A stretch of 64,000 nt of DNA from an uncultured Chloroflexia bacterium. GTDB lineage: Bacteria; Chloroflexota; Limnocylindria; Limnocylindrales; CSP1-4. The position numbers and the translations under genes were made by a program. The DNA lies in NCBI GenBank assembly GCA_963752475.1, contig CAVVYR010000008.1, forward strand, positions 352,001 through 416,000, given 5' to 3'. The notes below the pieces were generated by a model. The model had not been told where the DNA came from. It made no database searches and saw only the letters and a list, made by a program, of their open reading frames with translations. Below, piece after piece: positions 58,601 through 64,000 of the stretch (positions are counted from its first letter, which is position 1; the number at the start of each line of letters is the position of its first letter).

Positions 58601-58756
58601 CTCCCTGCGCACATCGGCCATCTCGGCCTTGATCTGCTCGTCGGAGAGGTCGGCGTAGTGCGACTCCAGCTCATTGATCTTGTCGACGATAGGCTGGAGC
58701 GGCTTGAGGTTGGATTCTTCGGAGGTCCCGATGAGACGGGAAACGAACTTGCGCAT
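55637..58756 (-). CDS. secA: Preprotein translocase SecA, split by three apparent +1 insertions
   Basis: [36 protein letters not shown] and [22 protein letters not shown]; frame switches near 58125, 57867 and 57358. Confidence 0.92.
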
Positions 58757-58853
58757 GGATTTAGAAGTATAGGGCTCGTGCGCATTCGGCCCCTGCGTGG
58801 GGCTTCGCAGCACTCGCCAAGACGCGGGCGTTCACGAATTCTTGCCCGACCCC

Positions 58854-58882
58854 TTGTGTGGAACCGCTCTCACTCGTACACT
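58854..58882 (+). promoter_or_regulatory. Putative promoter TTGTGT-17-TACACT for the Cys-rich ORF
   Basis: Sigma70-like hexamers at 17-bp spacing, followed by a 10-bp hairpin at 58892-58916. Confidence 0.5.
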
Positions 58883-58983
58883 TCTGCGCAAACACCGGCG
58901 GCCATCCCGCCGGTGTGTGTGATTACGCGGCCGTAGCAAGGAACGTGCCCTGGCTAACGGACCGATGAGGGAGAGCAACATAC

Positions 58984-59232
58984 GTGAAGCCGTTTTCGGT
59001 TGAGCCCGAAGCCGAGATCGGAGATCAGTCTTTCACTGACCTGATCGCCTGCGAGCGAGACTGCAGGAACTGCAGCTACGCCGCTTGGCTGGACTGCGAT
59101 GGCAACTGCGGAGAATGCGTGCATAACGGCTACTGCCCGTGCGTGAACCCCGTGGTCGCCCGTAGCAAGACCGCTTTGAAGATCATCGAGCTGCGACCCC
59201 TGCTGCTGCAGGACCTTCGCTCTCGACGCTAG
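58984..59232 (+). CDS. 82-aa Cys-rich hypothetical protein (two CxxxCxxC motifs plus CxC)
   Basis: GAGGGAGAG RBS, upstream promoter, 8 Cys in a regular pattern. Confidence 0.7.
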   Translation: MKPFSVEPEAEIGDQSFTDLIACERDCRNCSYAAWLDCDGNCGECVHNGYCPCVNPVVARSKTALKIIELRPLLLQDLRSRR

Positions 59233-59254
59233 CCAGCACCGACCCCGATCGCCG

Positions 59255-60368
59255 ATGGACCACGCCCTGATCCGGGACCTCGTGTCCCGCGTCCACTCGA
59301 CCTCGGGGAGGCTTTGACCTAGAAGGCAAAGCCCGCGAGCTCGCGGCGCTCGACGAGCGCGCCTCCCAGCCCGAGTTCTGGAACGACTCCCGCGAGGCCA
59401 AGCGCGTCCTGCGCGCGGCCGACGGCCTGCGTGATGAGCTCGAGGCCTGGAACGGCCTCATCTCCCGTGCCGATGACCTGGGCGAACTGGCCGAGCTGGC
59501 TGCCGAGTCGGGCGATGACGAGCTTGAGGCCGAGGTCGAGCCCGAGTACAGCGCCGTCGAGGCCGACTACGAGCGCATGCGCACGAGCCTGCTCTTCTCG
59601 GGCGACTACGACGACTCGGATGCCTTCATCAGCATCAGCGCCGGCGCCGGCGGCACCGAAGCGACCGACTGGGCCGAGATGCTCCTGCGTATGTACTTGC
59701 GCTGGTGCGAGCGCCGCGGCTTCGGCACCGAGATCGTGGACCGCCTCGAAGGGGAGGAGACCGGCATCAAGTCGGCCACCGTCTCGGTCCAGGGCCGCCG
59801 CGCCTACGGCTGGCTGCGGGCCGAGTCGGGCGTGCACCGATTGGTGCGCATCAGCCCCTACGACTCCCAGTCGCGCCGCCACACGACCTTCGTGCAGGTC
59901 GAGATCCTGCCCGAGGTGGAGGCGGCGGCTGAGGTCGAGGACATCCCCGACGACGAACTCAAGATCGATACTTATCGCGCCCAGGGTGCGGGTGGCCAGC
60001 ACGTCAACAAGACCGACTCGGCCGTGCGCCTGACGCACCTCCCCACCGGCATCGTGGCCCAGAGCCAGAACGAGCGCTCACAGCATCAGAACCGCGAGGC
60101 GGCCATGAAGATCCTGCGCGCACGCCTCCTGGAGCGGCGGCTGGAGGAGCGTGAGGCGGAGATCCGCGAACTCAAGGGTGAGCATGTGGAGGCCGGCTGG
60201 GGCAATCAGATCCGCTCGTACGTGTTGCACCCGTATCAGATGGTCAAGGACCACCGCACGGAACACGAGACGGGCAACACCACGGCCGTCCTCGACGGCG
60301 ACCTCGATGCCTTCATGGTCGCCGAGCTCGAACGCGTGGCCACCGAGCGCGAGGGTGGCACTGCCTGA
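59255..60368 (+). CDS. prfB: Peptide chain release factor 2 with programmed +1 frameshift
   Basis: ATG at 59255; GGGAGG-CTT-TGA-C slippery site at 59312-59318; SPY variant of SPF; GGQ. Confidence 0.96.
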
Positions 60369-61242
60369 GTTGCGGGTCGCCACGGCTGCCGACATACCAG
60401 CCATGCTGGAGGTCTTCTTCCACGCGATCGAGGACCTCGACCAGCAGCGCGGCCGGCCGCTGCATCCTCGTAACGCGGCGCCGCTCGAGATGCACTTCGG
60501 GCACCTGCTGAACACGGACCCAACGTCAGCCTATGTGGCCGACGACCACGGCAAGGTCATCGCCTTCGGCATCGTCATGCGCCGCGGCGCCGAGGCCTTC
60601 CTCTCGTTCCTCTTCGTCGAGCCCGCCTGGCAGAGCCGGCGGATCGGCCGCGCGGTGCTCGAGGCCTGCATCGCCGGGGCAGGGGAGGGCGTCGAGCACG
60701 TCTCGACCTGCGCCGAGGCCAACCAGCCGGTCTCGACAGGCCTCTACGCAAAGATGGGCATGGCCCCACGAACGCCGCTGTATCTCGTCCGTGGGGCGCT
60801 CCCGGACGACGCGCTGCCGACGGTCCCGAAGCACATCGAGCGCCGTCGAATCAACCCGGAGGTGGTGGCCGCCTTCGACCGCGCGCTCATAGGCTATGAG
60901 CGTCCGCGGGACCACGCCCTCTGGGCTCATGAGCGGACGGGTGCCCTGTTCGCCGATGAGGCTGGGTCCGTGCTTGGATACGGCTACGCCCACCCCAGCG
61001 GCCGCATCGGCCCGGTGGCGGCGGCCGACCCCGCGTACCTGCCGGGGTTCGTGGGCTACCTCGTACGCCTGACCGAGGTACTCGAAGGCCGCCAGTTGGT
61101 GGTACCGGGGCCGGCATCGAGCATCCTCGTTCCCTTGCTGCGGGCGGGGATGGTCATCGACGGCACGCCCGCCATCCACCTCACGCAGGGTCCCGGCCCT
61201 GCCTTCGACCGCTACATCCCCATGAGCTACGCCCTCCTCTGA
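60355..61242 (+). CDS. GNAT-family N-acetyltransferase (tandem GNAT, YitH-like C-terminus)
   Basis: LFVEPAWQSRRIGRAVL acetyl-CoA motif, GLYAKMG and RIGPVAA. Confidence 0.85.
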   Translation: MALPELRVATAADIPAMLEVFFHAIEDLDQQRGRPLHPRNAAPLEMHFGHLLNTDPTSAYVADDHGKVIAFGIVMRRGAEAFLSFLFVEPAWQSRRIGRAVLEACIAGAGEGVEHVSTCAEANQPVSTGLYAKMGMAPRTPLYLVRGALPDDALPTVPKHIERRRINPEVVAAFDRALIGYERPRDHALWAHERTGALFADEAGSVLGYGYAHPSGRIGPVAAADPAYLPGFVGYLVRLTEVLEGRQLVVPGPASSILVPLLRAGMVIDGTPAIHLTQGPGPAFDRYIPMSYALL

Positions 61243-61256
61243 CCACTGGAGAGACG

Positions 61257-62096
61257 ATGACCCTGCTGACCCTGCCTGAACCATCGGTCGAGATCGGAGC
61301 CGCTGTCGAGGTGATGTTGGCCGCGTGCGACGAGGCCGACGCCATCTCGCTGGCGTCCTTCCGCCGCAGCATCCGCATCGAGGCCAAGCCTGATGCCTCG
61401 TTCGTGACCGAGGCCGACACGGCCGTGGAGCGCGCCATCCGCGAGCGCATCACCACGCGCTTCCCCGACCACGGCCTCGTGGGCGAGGAGTACGGCACGG
61501 CCGAGTCCGAGAGCGGCCGACGATGGATCATCGACCCTATCGACGGAACCCACAACTACATGCGCGGCGTGCCCGTCTACGCCACGCTCATCGGGCTCGA
61601 GATCGACGGCGAGCTCGCCGCCGGTGCCGTCAGCGCGCCCGCATTGCATCGTCGCTGGTTCAGCTGGGAGGGCGGTGGCGCCTGGGCTGTCGACACCGTG
61701 CCCGGTGGCTGGGACCGCGACTCAGGGCAGCGCCTGTCGGTGTCGGAGGTCGATCGGCTCGACGAGACCTCGGTGGTCTACTCCTCGTATCCCAGCATCA
61801 TCGACTCGGGTTGGGCGCCGGGCTTCGGGCCGCTCCTGGGCAAGGTCTGGCGTGACCGCGGCCTGGGCGACTTCTACGGCTACATGCTCGTAGCCGAGGG
61901 GGCGGCCGAGGTCATGGTCGAGTCCGAGCTCAAGATCTGGGATCTGGCCGGACCGCGCGCGGTGATGCAACACGCCGGCGCACGTGTGACCGACATCATG
62001 GGCGGCGAGGACATGCCCGGCCACGGGGTCCTCGCGACGAACGGACGGCTGCACGACCTGGTCCTCTCGGAGCTGTCTCACACCAAGACTCGCTAA
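61257..62096 (+). CDS. Inositol monophosphatase-family protein (HisN-like histidinol-phosphatase)
   Basis: VTEAD, GEE, WIIDPIDGTHNY and WDLA. Confidence 0.88.
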   Translation: MTLLTLPEPSVEIGAAVEVMLAACDEADAISLASFRRSIRIEAKPDASFVTEADTAVERAIRERITTRFPDHGLVGEEYGTAESESGRRWIIDPIDGTHNYMRGVPVYATLIGLEIDGELAAGAVSAPALHRRWFSWEGGGAWAVDTVPGGWDRDSGQRLSVSEVDRLDETSVVYSSYPSIIDSGWAPGFGPLLGKVWRDRGLGDFYGYMLVAEGAAEVMVESELKIWDLAGPRAVMQHAGARVTDIMGGEDMPGHGVLATNGRLHDLVLSELSHTKTR

Positions 62097-62133
62097 GGGG
62101 CCAGAGGGGGTCGCTGTGCTACGCTCCCGGCCG

Positions 62134-62964
62134 ATGAGCGACGCCGTTTCCCGGGCCGTCGCCGGGCCACCCCCAGGAGCACCCTGGCCCGACCAGGTGC
62201 CTGCCCCAGCGGCACCCGGAAATGGACTGCCCGGACCTGCCATGCCCGGTCAGCCGCTGCCTCAGGCAGAGCGGCCCGAATCGGTGCGCCTCGAGAACGT
62301 GTCCAAGACCTTTGGCACGGGCAAGGAAGCGCTCATCGACGTCGACCTCACCATCCCCGAAGGCGACTTCATCTTCCTCGTCGGTCCCTCTGGCGCGGGC
62401 AAGTCCACGCTCACCAAGCTGCTCGTCCGCGACGAGAAGGCGACCGAGGGCCAGGTGCAGGTGGCCGGCCACGACCTCGGCCGCATGAAGAAGAAGGAGG
62501 TGCCGCTGCTTCGGCGCAAGATCGGCATCGTCTTTCAGGACTTCCGTCTGTTGCCGCGCAAGACGGTCTACGAGAACGTGGCCTTCGCGCTGGAGGTGAC
62601 GGGCACGCCCAAACGCCTGATGGAGCCGGCCGTGGAGCGCGCGCTCGCACTGGTCGGGCTCACCGAGCAGGCCAAGCAGCGACCGGACCAGCTATCAGGC
62701 GGCGAGCAGCAGCGTACGGCCATCGCCCGCGCCATGGTCCACGACCCGCGCCTGATCATCGCCGACGAGCCCACCGGCAACCTCGACCCGCTCATCAGCT
62801 GGGAGATCATCCAGCTGCTGCTGCGCATCAACGAGATGGGCACGACCGTGCTCATGGCCACCCATGACGCCGAGGTCGTGACCGCGCTTCGCCGCCGCGT
62901 CGTGGCACTCGAGGACGGCCGAGTCGTGCGTGACGAGGTCGGAGGCTACCACCGTGAGTACTAG
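62134..62964 (+). CDS. ftsE: Cell division ATP-binding protein FtsE
   Basis: [25 protein letters not shown] and ADEPTGNLD; upstream of ftsX. Confidence 0.95.
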   Translation: MSDAVSRAVAGPPPGAPWPDQVPAPAAPGNGLPGPAMPGQPLPQAERPESVRLENVSKTFGTGKEALIDVDLTIPEGDFIFLVGPSGAGKSTLTKLLVRDEKATEGQVQVAGHDLGRMKKKEVPLLRRKIGIVFQDFRLLPRKTVYENVAFALEVTGTPKRLMEPAVERALALVGLTEQAKQRPDQLSGGEQQRTAIARAMVHDPRLIIADEPTGNLDPLISWEIIQLLLRINEMGTTVLMATHDAEVVTALRRRVVALEDGRVVRDEVGGYHREY

Positions 62965-62976
62965 GGCCGGCGACTG

Positions 62977-63861
62977 ATGCACTTCCTGCGCTTCTCGTTC
63001 CGACAGGCCTTCCAGGGGTTGTGGCGCAACAGCGTCATGACCTTCGCGGCCACCTTCACGATGATCCTCATGCTCATCTTGTTGAGCGCGCTGGTCATCG
63101 TCATCAACGGCGTGGAGGCCGGGCTCGAGTACGTCGAGTCACGTGTCGAGGTCCGAGCCGAGTTGCATCCGGTTTCAGCCACGCAGATCGCGGACTTCCA
63201 GACCCAGCTCGAGGCCCGCTCCGACGTGGGCTCGGTGGTCTTCGTAAGCAAGGAGGAGGCGCTCGAGCGCTTCATCACCGAGCGTGAGGAGCGGGGTGAG
63301 ACCAACATCGCGGCGGCCTACGCCGGGTACAACCCCTTCAACGACTACTACTCCATCGAGCTGACCGACCCGCGCAACTCTGAGGACGTGGTGGCCGTGC
63401 TGCAGTCGGAGACCGGCCTCGTCTCGCTCGTGCTGGGCCAGCAGACCGGCATCGATCGCCTCGTCGAGCTGACCGCGCAACTGCGCAACCTCGGCTTCAT
63501 CGTGCTCAGCTTCGTGGCCCTGACCGTGCTGCTCATCGTCGTCAACAGCATCCGCATGGCACTGCTGGCGCGCGCGCAGGAGATCGAGATCATGCGCCTC
63601 GTGGGAGCCTCCGATCGCTACGTTCGCTGGCCGTTCATGCTCGAGGGCGTCCTCATCGGCCTCCTGGGCGCCATCATCACCCTGATCCTGCTGCTGCTGG
63701 CGAGCCCCGTCATCAGCGACATCGCCACCGACATCGCGGGGGCCGTGCCGCTCGGCTTCGACGAATCTCTGACGCTCCAGATCATGGCCATCACCATCGG
63801 CGCCGGCATCGGCCTCGGCGGGGTGGGGGCCTGGATCAGCGTTCGCACCTACCTGCGCTAG
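62977..63861 (+). CDS. ftsX: Cell division permease FtsX
   Basis: SKEEALE and [20 protein letters not shown]. Confidence 0.93.
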   Translation: MHFLRFSFRQAFQGLWRNSVMTFAATFTMILMLILLSALVIVINGVEAGLEYVESRVEVRAELHPVSATQIADFQTQLEARSDVGSVVFVSKEEALERFITEREERGETNIAAAYAGYNPFNDYYSIELTDPRNSEDVVAVLQSETGLVSLVLGQQTGIDRLVELTAQLRNLGFIVLSFVALTVLLIVVNSIRMALLARAQEIEIMRLVGASDRYVRWPFMLEGVLIGLLGAIITLILLLLASPVISDIATDIAGAVPLGFDESLTLQIMAITIGAGIGLGGVGAWISVRTYLR

Positions 63862-63869
63862 CGTCCCCC

Positions 63870-64000
63870 GTGACCGCGCCCCCAGGCACACCGCTCGAGC
63901 CACCGTCCAACGGCGACGGTGCGCCTCAGCCACAGAACCAGGGTCCGTCCGTGGTCTTGACGGCGGTGGTGCTGCTCGCGCTCGGGGCCGGCGCCATCTT
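63870..64000 (+). CDS. Partial ORF with an N-terminal TM (3' truncated); possibly an S41 peptidase by synteny
   Basis: GTG at 63870, open frame MTAPPGTP...VVLTAVVLLALGAGAI; product inferred from position only. Confidence 0.4.
   Translation, partial: MTAPPGTPLEPPSNGDGAPQPQNQGPSVVLTAVVLLALGAGAI

Noticed and set aside
55637-58756. secA as a true pseudogene or a programmed-frameshift gene
   Set aside because: All motifs are intact, the gene is normally essential, no slippery or SD signals are at the breaks, and similar indels occur elsewhere in the window
58984-59232. CxxxCxxC read as a radical SAM enzyme fragment
   Set aside because: Too short, no TIM-barrel sequence in adjacent frames, and lacks the aromatic residue before the third Cys
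59300-59320. In-frame stop in prfB as an error or novelty
   Set aside because: Canonical RF2 autoregulatory SD-CTT-TGA-C +1 frameshift, already well known

Overview
High-GC bacterial chromosome segment. Gene content and style suggest a monoderm bacterium, most like Chloroflexota (inference). It appears to span the replication-origin/partition region: two parS sites and degenerate DnaA boxes lie at about 46.0-46.25 kb, and genes diverge from that point. The left ~19 kb is accessory/regulatory: an HD-GYP protein, a DUF5317-MFS fusion, a Pro/Thr-repeat membrane protein, pcm, a PIG-L deacetylase with a GT2/GT-C pair, a DegU-like regulator, a DegS-like protein whose ATP-binding domain is degenerate, an Flp pilin, a sulfotransferase, cpaE-cpaF-tadB-tadC, DUF192, comF, hpf and an XRE regulator. 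A long minus-strand core block follows (rplU-rpmA-rpmE-DUF1385-prfA-prmC-tsaC-glyA-wecA/tagO-atpZBEFHAGDC-murA-mreB-PHP-flippase). An intact ISLre2-like IS sits 17 bp upstream of the rplU -35 box. The rest is mreD-mrdA-rodA, parAB-gyrB-(AlkD-like)-gyrA-prs, secA, a small 8-Cys protein, prfB with its programmed frameshift, a GNAT, a hisN-like gene and ftsEX. Best candidates for new biology: (1) a pseudokinase/NarL-type pair plus a recurring GGGnC-N4-GnCCC box at near-fixed spacing before the pilus, glycosylation, hibernation and XRE promoters; (2) a DUF5317 domain with an LspA-like motif pattern fused to an MFS exporter beside an HD-GYP enzyme; (3) an AlkD-like gene overlapping both gyrB and gyrA; (4) a tandem CxxxCxxC microprotein. 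Six single-base frameshifts (PT protein, GT2, PHP, three in secA) are most likely assembly errors. No rRNA, tRNA or CRISPR array was recognised.
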